DNA of 64,000 nucleotides from Nitrospirota bacterium. Its GTDB lineage: Bacteria > Nitrospirota > Nitrospiria > Nitrospirales > NS-4. Location: contig CAWBGA010000013.1 of NCBI GenBank assembly GCA_963788195.1, positions 224,001 to 288,000 of the forward strand, written 5' to 3'. Made by a program: the position numbers and the translations under genes. This document shows positions 11,177 through 20,220 of this stretch, in pieces (the stretch's first letter is position 1; every line of letters starts with the position of its first letter). The notes beneath the pieces were generated by a model. The model did not search any database. It was not told the DNA's origin and saw only the letters and a program-made list of their open reading frames with translations.

Positions 11177-11224
11177 CTCTGACATATTTGACAGTGGCGC
11201 GACGTTGACCACTGCGCTTAAATT
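11177..11224 (+). promoter_or_regulatory. lux-box-like palindrome plus -10 upstream of cydA
   Basis: CTCTGACATATTTGACAGTG; TAAATT 24 nt after the core. Confidence 0.55.
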
Positions 11225-11342
11225 CGTCGTGTGAAGTAGGCAATGTGCTCAGACCGCTCTTCGTGAATCTCAAGCAGCGGGCCATGGAGGCCGAAGCGAC
11301 CCGGCGTGGTTGAAGCGCAACACTAGCGACTGGAAGGCTGCT

Positions 11343-12707
11343 ATGGACGATGCAGTGTTCTACGATCGGCTTCAATTTGCCTTCACGGTGACGTTCCACT
11401 ACCTCTTTCCCCAGCTGACCATGGGACTGGTCTTGCTTCTTGTCTACTTCCGTACACGGGCTCTTGTGACCGGCGACGGCCATTATCAAGAGGTGGCAAA
11501 GTTCTGGACCAAGATCTTTGCCCTCGGTTTCGCCTTCGGGGTCGTCACCGGAATCCCACTGGAATTCCAGTTCGGCACCAACTGGGCGAAGTTCTCCAAC
11601 TTCGCGGGCGGCGTGATCGGCCAACTCTTGGCGATGGAGGGCCTTTTCGCCTTCGCCCTTGAATCGTCGTTCCTTGGCCTCTTGCTGTATGGCGAGAAGC
11701 GCTTCAGTGCGTTCGTTCAATGGATGGCGACGGTGATGCTCTTTCTCGGCTCATGGCTTTCGGGTTATTTCATCATCGCGACCAACGCGTGGATGCAGCA
11801 TCCCGTTGCCTATTCCGTTGCTGAGGATGGACGGCTGTTCGTGAACAGCCTGACCGGCCTGCTGACGAATCCGTGGATCTTCTGGCAATACGCGCACAAC
11901 ATGACTGCGGCGGTCGTCACGGCGTCATTCGTCATGGCCGCCATCGGCGCGTTCTATTTACTGTCCGGCCAGCATGTGACACACGCAAAGACGTTCGTGA
12001 AGACCGGCGTGGTGGCCGGGGCCATCGGGTGCGTGCTCCTCATTTTTCCCACCGGCGACGGCAATGCCAAGCAGGTGTTCAAGTATCAGCCCATAAAGGG
12101 CGCGGCGTTTGAGGGATTGTTCCGCACGGAGCGGGCCGCAGGCTTGCTGGTGATCGGGCAGCCGAATATGGACACGTTGACGATTGATAACCCGTTGGTG
12201 CTGCCGGGCGTGCTCAGCCTTCTCGTGTACGAAGAACTGTACGCCCAGGTGAAGGGCCTCGATGCCTTCCCACGCAAGGACTGGCCGGACAACGTGCCGT
12301 TGCTCTACTACTCGTATCACATCATGGCAGGGCTGGGAACGATTCTGGCTGCCCTGATGGGATTGTCGCTCTTGTTCTTGTGGCGCGGTCGGCTGTTCCG
12401 CACGCCGTGGCTGCTGTGGCTCATCATGCTGAGCGCGCCGTTTCCCTATATCGCGACGACGGCAGGGTGGATGACGGCTGAGCTCGGCCGCCAGCCTTGG
12501 CTCGTGTATGGCTTGATGCGGACCGCCGACGGTATTTCCCCGCTCGTGCATTCCGGCAATGCCCTGTTCACCCTGCTTGGTTTCCTCGGGATGTATCTGT
12601 TGTTGGGGCTCCTGTTTCTCTTCCTGATGCTCGAAACGATCACGAGCGGGCCGGTTCCGGTCGAGCACCGGTCGGCAACCCACGAAGGTGCGCACTCGGT
12701 CTCGTAA
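11343..12707 (+). CDS. cydA: Cytochrome bd quinol oxidase subunit I (short Q-loop)
   Basis: RLQFAFT..FHYLFP, GVVTGI.LEFQFGTNW, NAWMQHP, P.K.AAFEG, YHIM, AELGRQPW.VYGLMRT. Confidence 0.96.
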   Translation: MDDAVFYDRLQFAFTVTFHYLFPQLTMGLVLLLVYFRTRALVTGDGHYQEVAKFWTKIFALGFAFGVVTGIPLEFQFGTNWAKFSNFAGGVIGQLLAMEGLFAFALESSFLGLLLYGEKRFSAFVQWMATVMLFLGSWLSGYFIIATNAWMQHPVAYSVAEDGRLFVNSLTGLLTNPWIFWQYAHNMTAAVVTASFVMAAIGAFYLLSGQHVTHAKTFVKTGVVAGAIGCVLLIFPTGDGNAKQVFKYQPIKGAAFEGLFRTERAAGLLVIGQPNMDTLTIDNPLVLPGVLSLLVYEELYAQVKGLDAFPRKDWPDNVPLLYYSYHIMAGLGTILAALMGLSLLFLWRGRLFRTPWLLWLIMLSAPFPYIATTAGWMTAELGRQPWLVYGLMRTADGISPLVHSGNALFTLLGFLGMYLLLGLLFLFLMLETITSGPVPVEHRSATHEGAHSVS

Positions 12708-12721
12708 GGAGAGACGCTCGC

Positions 12722-13750
12722 GTGGAGATTTTCTGGTATGTAGCGGTGACCGTGACACTGGCCGTTTTTGTTGCTCTCGACGGCTTCGACTTGGGAGTCG
12801 GCATCCTCTACCCGTTCGTGGCACGGACCGAACAGGAGCGACGAACGGCCTTGGCTTCAATCGGTCCCATGTTCAACGGCAACGAAGTGTGGCTGATCGT
12901 GGCCGGCGGGTTACTGTTCTTCGCGTTTCCCAAGGCCTACGCGGCCGGGTTCAGCGGCTTCTACCTCGCGCTGATCATCGTGCTGTGGCTGTTCATGTTC
13001 CGTGGACTCGCGTTGGAACTGCGATCGCATGTGGACAATCCGCTGTGGCGGCAGTTGTGCGACGTAACCTTTTCGGGCGCGAGTCTTTTTCTGGCCATTG
13101 TCCTCGGCGCCGCGTTAGGCAACTTGATTCGCGGCGTGCCGCTGAATCGCGACGGTTATTTCTTCGTCGCGCTGTGGACAGACTTCTTGACGGGTCCAGA
13201 GCCAGGGATTCTGGATTGGTTCACCGTGCTCATGGGGCTCGCGAGTGCCGCGATCTTGGCCTTGCATGGAGCCAACTATCTCGCGATGAAAACGAAGGGC
13301 GACCTCTATGCGCGGGCCGTGGCCGCGGCAAAACTGGTGGGCTGGCTGGCGCTTGGAAGTGCGGTGGTGGTCAGGCTTGGGATCACGTTCGTACAGCCGG
13401 ATCTTCGGCTCAACTATATCGCCCATCCGGTGGGCTATATCTTTCCCGTCGGCGGGGCGATCGCGCTTATCGCGACGCTCGTGCTGCGACGACGGCAGCG
13501 CGACGTTGCCGCATTCATGACCTCGAGCCTGTTCATCCTTGCAATGCTCGGAAGTGTCGCCTGGGGCTGCTATCCGAACATCCTGATCGCGACGACGGAC
13601 CCGGCAAACAGTCTCACGATCTTCAACGCCACCGCCGGCGCCTACAGCCTGCAAGTCGGGGTCGTGTGGTTTGTCATAGGACTTGTGCTGTTCATCGCCT
13701 ATCAGGTCTTTGCCCACCGCTTCTTCTGGGGAAAGGTCCCGAGCCAATGA
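12722..13750 (+). CDS. cydB: Cytochrome bd quinol oxidase subunit II
   Basis: GTG start after AGGAGA; LDGFDLGVG, IGP...GNEVWL..AGG.LF.AFP.AY, RGLA.E.R. Confidence 0.95.
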   Translation: MEIFWYVAVTVTLAVFVALDGFDLGVGILYPFVARTEQERRTALASIGPMFNGNEVWLIVAGGLLFFAFPKAYAAGFSGFYLALIIVLWLFMFRGLALELRSHVDNPLWRQLCDVTFSGASLFLAIVLGAALGNLIRGVPLNRDGYFFVALWTDFLTGPEPGILDWFTVLMGLASAAILALHGANYLAMKTKGDLYARAVAAAKLVGWLALGSAVVVRLGITFVQPDLRLNYIAHPVGYIFPVGGAIALIATLVLRRRQRDVAAFMTSSLFILAMLGSVAWGCYPNILIATTDPANSLTIFNATAGAYSLQVGVVWFVIGLVLFIAYQVFAHRFFWGKVPSQ

Positions 13751-13805
13751 GCCGCCATTTCAGGCTGATGATATGTGGATGGATACGAATGGCAGGGGCG
13801 AGCTT

Positions 13806-13883
13806 ATGAGCGAAGGGATCCCGGTCATCTACCTCGCCAGGCACGGTGAGACCGACTGGAGCCTCTCGGGCCAGCACACGGGA
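13806..13883 (+). pseudogene. 5' remnant of a histidine phosphatase (phosphoglycerate mutase family) gene
   Basis: MSEGIPVIYLARHGETDWSLSGQHTG, then homology stops; intact paralogue at 25014. Confidence 0.8.
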
Positions 13884-13885
13884 CC

Positions 13886-13993
13886 CAGCGCATTATCCCA
13901 GAACTCGAGAACAAAGCAGAGCTCAGGGGCGACCATGATAGTTCAACGAACAACCTGATCCGGCGCTACCGAAAGCAGAAGGGAGTGTCATGA
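13886..13993 (+). pseudogene. 3' remnant of a glucose-6-phosphate isomerase gene
   Basis: Reads QRIIPELENKAELRGDHDSSTNNLIRRYRKQKGVS*, matching the C-terminus of intact Pgi (KRITPEL...[13 protein letters not shown]); the stop overlaps the fba ATG. Confidence 0.8.
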
Positions 13994-14892
13994 AAACTCT
14001 CGGCATTGACCAACAACAGCAGCAGAAAATGAAGACCCATCCCGGTTTCATTGCCGCGCTGGATCAAAGCGGTGGCAGCACGCCCGGCGCGCTGCGGCTT
14101 TACGGAATCAAAGAAGGGGCATGGTCCGACGAGGATGAGATGTTTGCGATCGTGCATAAGATGCGTACGCGCATGATCACCAGCCCCAGCTTCAGCGGCG
14201 AGCGGATTATTGCCGTCATCCTGTTCGAGAACACCATGGACCGGGACATCGAGGGGCGGCCGAGCGCGGACTATCTCTGGAACGTCAAAGGTGTGGTGCC
14301 TTTTCTGAAAGTGGATAAGGGCCTTGCCGCTGAGAAGGACGGGGTTCAGTTGATGAAGCCCATGCCCGCACTGGCTTCACTGCTGGACAAAGCGAAAGCA
14401 AAGCACATCTTCGGAACCAAGATGCGCTCATTCATCAAGCACGCCAATCCCGCCGGCATCAAGGACATCGTGAGCCAGCAGTTCGAAGTCGCTGGGCAGA
14501 TCCTCGCTGCCGGCCTCATGCCGATCATCGAGCCGGAAGTTGACATTCACAGCCCCGAGAAGGCCAAGGCTGAAGCGTTGCTCAAGGCGGGCATCCTCGA
14601 GAAACTTAACGATCTGCCGGCGGGTGCGGCGGTCATGCTCAAGCTGACGCTTCCGGAGCAAGACGACTTCTACGCCGATTGCGTCAGACATCCCAATGTT
14701 TTAAGGGTCGTTGCGCTGTCGGGCGGTTATGGGCGGGAGGAAGCCAACGACCGCCTGCGCAGGAATCACGGCATCGTGGCGAGCTTTTCACGGGCGTTGG
14801 TTGAAGGGCTGTCGGTCCAGCAATCCGACGCGGAGTTCGATGCGGTCCTGGACAAATCCATTCAGAGCATCTTTGAGGCCTCCAATACCTGA
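13990..14892 (+). CDS. fda: Class I fructose-bisphosphate aldolase (short bacterial Fda type)
   Basis: GFIAALDQSGGSTP.AL, PFLKVDKGL, FGTKMRS, PIIEPEVDI, MLKLTLP, ALSGGY, ASFSRAL. Confidence 0.93.
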   Translation: MKTLGIDQQQQQKMKTHPGFIAALDQSGGSTPGALRLYGIKEGAWSDEDEMFAIVHKMRTRMITSPSFSGERIIAVILFENTMDRDIEGRPSADYLWNVKGVVPFLKVDKGLAAEKDGVQLMKPMPALASLLDKAKAKHIFGTKMRSFIKHANPAGIKDIVSQQFEVAGQILAAGLMPIIEPEVDIHSPEKAKAEALLKAGILEKLNDLPAGAAVMLKLTLPEQDDFYADCVRHPNVLRVVALSGGYGREEANDRLRRNHGIVASFSRALVEGLSVQQSDAEFDAVLDKSIQSIFEASNT

Positions 14893-14896
14893 GCAG

Positions 14897-14929
14897 GCCA
14901 TGACCGGGGAATCGCCATGACCGGGGAAT
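14897..14929 (+). repeat. 16-bp tandem direct repeat
   Basis: GCCATGACCGGGGAAT-c-GCCATGACCGGGGAAT. Confidence 0.85.
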
Positions 14930-15000
14930 TGAGATTGCGCCAGTACGAGGATTCTGAAACCTGAACGAGTCGCGTGCCGACATCAGCAAAGGAGTGACAT

Positions 15001-16017
15001 ATGCAACTTGGAATGATCGGACTCGGTCGGATGGGCGCGAACATGGTGCGGCGGCTCCTGAAGGGAGGTCATCAGTGCGTGGCCTTTGACAGGTCGTCGA
15101 AAGCAGTCAAGGAGTTGGCCCAGGAGAAAGCCATTGGCGCCTCCTCGCTCGCGGACCTCGTGAAGAATCTGGAGAAGCCGCGGGCGGTCTGGTTGATGGT
15201 CCCGGCGGCGGTCGTGGACAAAAGCATCGCTGACCTCCTGCCCTATCTTGAGGAAGAGGACATCCTCATCGACGGCGGCAATTCATACTACGTGGACGAC
15301 ATCCGGCGCGCAAAGGAACTCGCGCCGAAGCGGATCCACTACGTGGACGTGGGGACGAGCGGTGGTGTCTGGGGCCTGGAGCGAGGGTATTGCATGATGA
15401 TCGGGGGTGAGAACAGGGTGGTCAAGTACCTCGATCCAATTTTCGCGACGCTGGCGCCCGGGAGGGACGCGGCGCCTCGGCTGCCGGGGCGGGAGAAGGT
15501 GGACGGCACTGCCGAGCAGGGCTACCTGCACTGCGGGCCGAACGGCGCCGGCCACTTTGTCAAGATGGTGCACAACGGCATTGAGTACGGGCTCATGGCC
15601 GCCTACGCCGAGGGGCTGGGCATCCTGCGCGCCGCCAACATCGGCAAGGAGGAACATGCGATCGACGCCGAGACGACGCCATTGCGCGAACCCGAGCACT
15701 ACCAGTACGACTTCAATCTGCCTGACATCGCGGAGGTGTGGCGGCGCGGGAGTGTGATTGCCTCGTGGCTGCTGGACCTGACCGCTTCCGCCTTGCTCAA
15801 GGACCCCGACCTCTCGAAATTCGCGGGACGAGTGTCGGATTCCGGCGAAGGGCGGTGGACGATCAAGGCCGCCATCGACGAGGCCGTGCCGGTGCCTGTG
15901 CTCACCACGGCGCTCTACGAACGGTTCAGCTCACGCGGCGAATCGGATTTCCAGGACAAACTGCTGTCGGCGATGCGGTACGAGTTCGGCGGGCACCTGG
16001 AAATATCCGCGAAATGA
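15001..16017 (+). CDS. gnd: 6-phosphogluconate dehydrogenase, decarboxylating (short form)
   Basis: [53 protein letters not shown]. Confidence 0.95.
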   Translation: MQLGMIGLGRMGANMVRRLLKGGHQCVAFDRSSKAVKELAQEKAIGASSLADLVKNLEKPRAVWLMVPAAVVDKSIADLLPYLEEEDILIDGGNSYYVDDIRRAKELAPKRIHYVDVGTSGGVWGLERGYCMMIGGENRVVKYLDPIFATLAPGRDAAPRLPGREKVDGTAEQGYLHCGPNGAGHFVKMVHNGIEYGLMAAYAEGLGILRAANIGKEEHAIDAETTPLREPEHYQYDFNLPDIAEVWRRGSVIASWLLDLTASALLKDPDLSKFAGRVSDSGEGRWTIKAAIDEAVPVPVLTTALYERFSSRGESDFQDKLLSAMRYEFGGHLEISAK

Positions 16018-16027
16018 GAAGAACACG

Positions 16028-17410
16028 GTGAACGTTCCCCATTCTGACGCTGACGCCCTGGTCTTCTTCGGCGCCACGGGCGATCTGGCCTACAAGAAAA
16101 TCTTCCCATCGCTGCAGGCGATGCTGAAACGCAGCCACCTCAACGTGCCCGTCATTGGGGTAGCCAAAGCCGGCTGGACCCTCGACCAGCTTCGGGCGCG
16201 GGCGCGCGACAGCCTCGAGAAACACGGAGGGGTCGATCCCGCGGCGTTCGATAAGTTGTGCGGGTTACTGCGATATGTTGACGGCGACTATAAGGATCCG
16301 GCGACCTTCCAGTCTATTCGCAAGGAGCTCGGCGCCGCGCAGCGGGTGGCACACTACCTCGCCATCCCGCCAACGCTCTTCGGGTTGGTCGTGGAGCAAC
16401 TGGCGAAGTCGGGCTGCACCAACGGTGCTCGCGTCATCGTCGAAAAGCCCTTCGGGACCGACCTCGCCTCGGCGCAGGAGTTGAACCGTATTCTGCTCGG
16501 AACGTTTCCGGAGAGCGCGATCTTCCGTATCGATCATTATCTCGGGAAGCGACCCATCAACAATATGCTGTACTTCCGCTTTGCGAATGCGCTCCCCGAG
16601 ACGTTCTGGAACCGTACCCATGTGCAGAGTGTGCAGATTACGATGGCGGAAGACTTCGGCGTCCAGGGGCGGGGCGCCTTCTACGATGGGACGGGGACTA
16701 TCCGGGACGTGGTCCAGAATCATCTCTTCCAGGTCTTGGCCAACCTGGCCATGGAGCCTCCTATCAGAATGGATAGCGAATCGATTCGTGATGAAAAGGT
16801 CAAGGTACTCAAGGCCATTCCCCCGCTGGATGAGAAGAACCTTGTCCGTGGGCAATTCCGCGGTTACCGCAACGAGAAGGGAGTGGCGCCGGACTCACAG
16901 GTGGAAACGTTCGCGGCCCTGCGGCTGGCGATTAACTCCTGGCGTTGGCAAGGGGTGCCGTTCTTCATCCGGGCGGGCAAGTGCTTGCCGTTCACATGCA
17001 CGGAGATCCTACTCCGGCTGCGTCGGCCGCCCACGGCCTATCCTTCCGCGAGTTTGGCGCCGAACCATCTGCGATTCCGGGTCAATCCCGACACGACACT
17101 CGCATTCGGTATGATGGCCCCCAAAATCGGTGAAGGGATGGTAGGCCAGGTGATAGAAGCGGTGGTCAGCCGTAATGCCCAGCCGGATGAGATAGATGCG
17201 TACGAACGGGTGTTGACAGACGCCATGGCTGGAGATGCGACCCTGTTTGCGCGTCAGGATTATGTGGAAGAGGCGTGGCGAATCGTCGATCCGGTTCTGA
17301 AGAAGGGCACCCCGGTCTACGAATACGAACCGGGTTCGTGGGGGCCGAGTGAGGTCAACGAGAGCGTGTCGCCAGCCGAAGGCTGGCAGAATCCAACCGT
17401 GACAAACTAG
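16028..17410 (+). CDS. zwf: Glucose-6-phosphate 1-dehydrogenase
   Basis: FGATGDLA.KKIFP, EKPFG.DL.SA, RIDHYLGK, RDVVQNHL.Q, RW.GVPF.IRAGK. Confidence 0.96.
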   Translation: MNVPHSDADALVFFGATGDLAYKKIFPSLQAMLKRSHLNVPVIGVAKAGWTLDQLRARARDSLEKHGGVDPAAFDKLCGLLRYVDGDYKDPATFQSIRKELGAAQRVAHYLAIPPTLFGLVVEQLAKSGCTNGARVIVEKPFGTDLASAQELNRILLGTFPESAIFRIDHYLGKRPINNMLYFRFANALPETFWNRTHVQSVQITMAEDFGVQGRGAFYDGTGTIRDVVQNHLFQVLANLAMEPPIRMDSESIRDEKVKVLKAIPPLDEKNLVRGQFRGYRNEKGVAPDSQVETFAALRLAINSWRWQGVPFFIRAGKCLPFTCTEILLRLRRPPTAYPSASLAPNHLRFRVNPDTTLAFGMMAPKIGEGMVGQVIEAVVSRNAQPDEIDAYERVLTDAMAGDATLFARQDYVEEAWRIVDPVLKKGTPVYEYEPGSWGPSEVNESVSPAEGWQNPTVTN

Positions 17411-17528
17411 TCGGGGATTCGAGACACGCTCATGAAAATGGAAGTGGCAATGGGATCTGTATATTCCTTGGAGAACCTGTTATAGAGCGGCAAATTTATT
17501 GTCTTGGTATGTCTGTGAGGAGCGAGAG

Positions 17529-18080
17529 ATGAGACCTGACGAGGACCCCGAGGACAAAGTTTTGTCCCGTTGCGATACTCCGGCCGGCACACGCAGGACA
17601 TTTTTTCAGTGGGTCATTCGTGTGGCTGCCGGCGTGATCGGTGCAAGCCTCGCAATTCCACTCGTCGGCTATGTGATCTCGCCGGCTCTCAAGCGACGCG
17701 AGAAGCCCTGGGTGGAGATTGGAGGAGTGGATCAATTGAACGCCGGCGATCCCAAACAACTCGATTATGTGGCGACTATTCGGGATGGCTATATCGAAAC
17801 GCAGGCCCACAAGGCGGTTTGGGCGGTAAAGCAGTCGGACGGGGAGATCACAGTCTTCTCACCGATGTGCACCCATCTTGGGTGTGGGTATCGTTGGGAG
17901 GGCGAAGAACGCAAGTTCAAATGTCCCTGTCACGGGAGTGTGTTCGACCTGTCCGGGGAGGTGTTGGCAGGTCCAGCGCCCCGACGCTTGGACAAGCTGC
18001 CAACCAAGGTGGAGAATGGCCGCCTTCTCGTGATGTACAAGGAATTCAAGTCCGGGGTCCGGTCTCAGGTTGAATTGTAG
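17529..18080 (+). CDS. qcrA: Rieske 2Fe-2S subunit of a cytochrome bc complex
   Basis: Tat-like RRTFF plus TM helix; CTHLGC and CPCHGS boxes; GPAPR.L. Confidence 0.9.
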   Translation: MRPDEDPEDKVLSRCDTPAGTRRTFFQWVIRVAAGVIGASLAIPLVGYVISPALKRREKPWVEIGGVDQLNAGDPKQLDYVATIRDGYIETQAHKAVWAVKQSDGEITVFSPMCTHLGCGYRWEGEERKFKCPCHGSVFDLSGEVLAGPAPRRLDKLPTKVENGRLLVMYKEFKSGVRSQVEL

Positions 18081-18145
18081 GAGTCGGGACTGCGCGAGAT
18101 GCGAGGCGCCAGAGCTCCTGAAAACGGAGGCTGACATGGCTGCTC

Positions 18146-18274
18146 CCCCTGGGGCATCTGAAGGACGATGAAATCGCCAGCATCCTCACCTACTTGCGGA
18201 ATTCATGGGGCAATCAAGGCGATGCGGTGTCCTCGGCCGAAGTCGCCGCGGAACGAGCGAAAACTTCCCACTGA
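18146..18274 (+). pseudogene. C-terminal remnant of a class I cytochrome c domain
   Basis: Reads PLGHLKDDEIASILTYLRNSWGNQGDAVSSAEVAAERAKTSH* (L.D.EIA.V.TY.RNSWGN motif); no CxxCH; an SD plus ATG at 18136 is out of frame. Confidence 0.7.
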
Positions 18275-18302
18275 TTCACCGCTGATGATTGAGAGGCCAA
18301 CG

Positions 18303-18659
18303 ATGAGGAACATATTGAATGGGATGATATTCGGCAGTGCCTTGAGCCTAGGACTCATCGTATTGCAACCGCTTTCACTGGAAGCGGCAGGAGATCCCAC
18401 GAATGGAAGTCTTGTGTACGAGAAGCACTGCCTGGCTTGTCACGGACCGCAGGGGAAGGGTGATGGGCCGACGGGAAAGATGCTCAAGCCGCCGCCTGCG
18501 GATTTTACAAGTGCTGCGAGCAAGAAGAAGTCTGAAGCAGACCTGCGTCAGATCATCGAGAACGGGAAACCGGGGACGGCAATGGTTCCGTGGAAGGGGC
18601 AACTCTCGGAAACAGACATCATGAACGTGCTGGCGTATCTAAGTACCTTGAGAAAGTAG
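18303..18659 (+). CDS. Monoheme class I cytochrome c
   Basis: Signal peptide; CLACHGPQGKGDGP; distal Met in GTAMVPW. Confidence 0.9.
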   Translation: MRNILNGMIFGSALSLGLIVLQPLSLEAAGDPTNGSLVYEKHCLACHGPQGKGDGPTGKMLKPPPADFTSAASKKKSEADLRQIIENGKPGTAMVPWKGQLSETDIMNVLAYLSTLRK

Positions 18660-18689
18660 CAGCACCGGCAGGCATCTACAGGGGGTACT

Positions 18690-20015
18690 ATGGCTTCCCG
18701 TATTTACGCATGGCTCGATAGCCGTCTCAACCTGAAGTCAGTCCAAAAGACGTTACTGGATGAACCGATCCCTGGCGGCGCCAGCTGGATCTATGTATTC
18801 GGCTCGGCAACCCTCTTTCTATTCATCCTCCAAGCGGTCACCGGCATGTTTCTCGCCATCTACTATGCGCCCACGCCGGATCATGCCTATGACAGCGTCC
18901 AGTACATCGAGAACCAGGTGTCCTTCGGCTGGTTTGTCCGCGGCCTCCACCATTGGGGCGCCTCAGGGATGGTGGTTGCCGTCGGCTTGCACATGCTCCA
19001 AGTCTTCCTCTACGGCGCCTATAAGCCTCCCCGGGAGATGATGTGGATGGTGGGGATGGTGCTCTTCCTGATTGTTATGGGGTTTGCATTCACCGGCTAC
19101 CTTCTTCCATGGGATCAGACCGCGTACTGGGCGACGCAAGTTGGAATCAACATGGTGGGCACAGTGCCTTTTGTCGGGGAGTTCCTTGTGAAGGTCCTGC
19201 GTGGCGGAGAAACATTGGGGGCCCTGACACTGTCCCGATTCTTTGCCGTACATGTTCTGTTCTTGCCTGCGTTGATCCTCTTGGGAATCATGCTGCATCT
19301 GTTTATTCTGCGGCGAGTCGGCCCGGCCGGCCCCTGGGATGAGGCGAGGGCGGCCGCTCGCACGGAGACCTTTTATCCCCGGCAGGTTTATATGGATGCG
19401 GTGGTCATGCTGGCGGTGTTTGCTGTCCTCGCCGCACTGGCGTTCGCAGTCCCGATTCCGCTGACGGACAAGGCCGATCCATCGGATACCAGTTTTGTGC
19501 CGGTGCCTGAGTGGTATTTTCTTTTCTATTACGAATTCCTGAAGCACGTGCACGGGCCGCTGGAGCCGTTGGTCACGTGGGTGCTTCCCGGGCTCGTCGT
19601 GCTTGTCATGCTGTTCTGGCCCTTCATTGATCGCAGGAAGTCCCGCAATCCTGCCTCGCGTCCCATCGGTATGGCGCTGGGAGTCCTGTTCTTGGTCTTC
19701 GTCTTCTCCCTGCTCGGCATCTCCCTGAAGAATCTCTATGCGGTGAAACGAGTGGACCCGGCAGTAGCGCACGGCAAGGCACTCGTCAAACAGTTTGGCT
19801 GCGCCGGCTGCCATCGGATTCACGGCGAAGGGGGGGCCATCGGGCCCGACCTGTCATACATCGGCGATCAACGGCCGGAACGCGAGTGGCACATCAAGCA
19901 CTTCCGCGATCCCCAGTCGGTTGCCCCCGGCTCCATCATGCCCAAATTTCCTCTCTCCGATCAGGAGCTCAATGACCTCACCAGTTACATGCTGAGCCTC
20001 CGGCGTGGCAGTTAG
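18690..20015 (+). CDS. qcrB: Cytochrome b (N- and C-terminal parts fused) with a C-terminal cytochrome c domain
   Basis: RGLHHWGAS, FTGYLLPWDQ..YWA, RFFAVHV, PEWY motif, CAGCH and PGSIMP. Confidence 0.92.
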   Translation: MASRIYAWLDSRLNLKSVQKTLLDEPIPGGASWIYVFGSATLFLFILQAVTGMFLAIYYAPTPDHAYDSVQYIENQVSFGWFVRGLHHWGASGMVVAVGLHMLQVFLYGAYKPPREMMWMVGMVLFLIVMGFAFTGYLLPWDQTAYWATQVGINMVGTVPFVGEFLVKVLRGGETLGALTLSRFFAVHVLFLPALILLGIMLHLFILRRVGPAGPWDEARAAARTETFYPRQVYMDAVVMLAVFAVLAALAFAVPIPLTDKADPSDTSFVPVPEWYFLFYYEFLKHVHGPLEPLVTWVLPGLVVLVMLFWPFIDRRKSRNPASRPIGMALGVLFLVFVFSLLGISLKNLYAVKRVDPAVAHGKALVKQFGCAGCHRIHGEGGAIGPDLSYIGDQRPEREWHIKHFRDPQSVAPGSIMPKFPLSDQELNDLTSYMLSLRRGS

Positions 20016-20220
20016 GCGGGCACATCGTCTTCGGCGCCACCGCTTTCGAACCGACAATCGGCCGTAGGGTGAAGGTCTCCTTTTAGGATCCTGATGGGAA
20101 GCTGTATTTTTTTGGAGGACATGATATAGAGGAGAAAGATAACGTAAGGCAATTAACTTGCCTCTTGGGCGGGGGATCATAAGTATATGCTGAGTCCTTT
20201 TAATCAAAGACCGGTGTCCC

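Noticed and set aside
13747..13805. Small cydX/cydS subunit after cydB
   Set aside because: No short hydrophobic ORF; the downstream sequence is the phosphatase/pgi scar.
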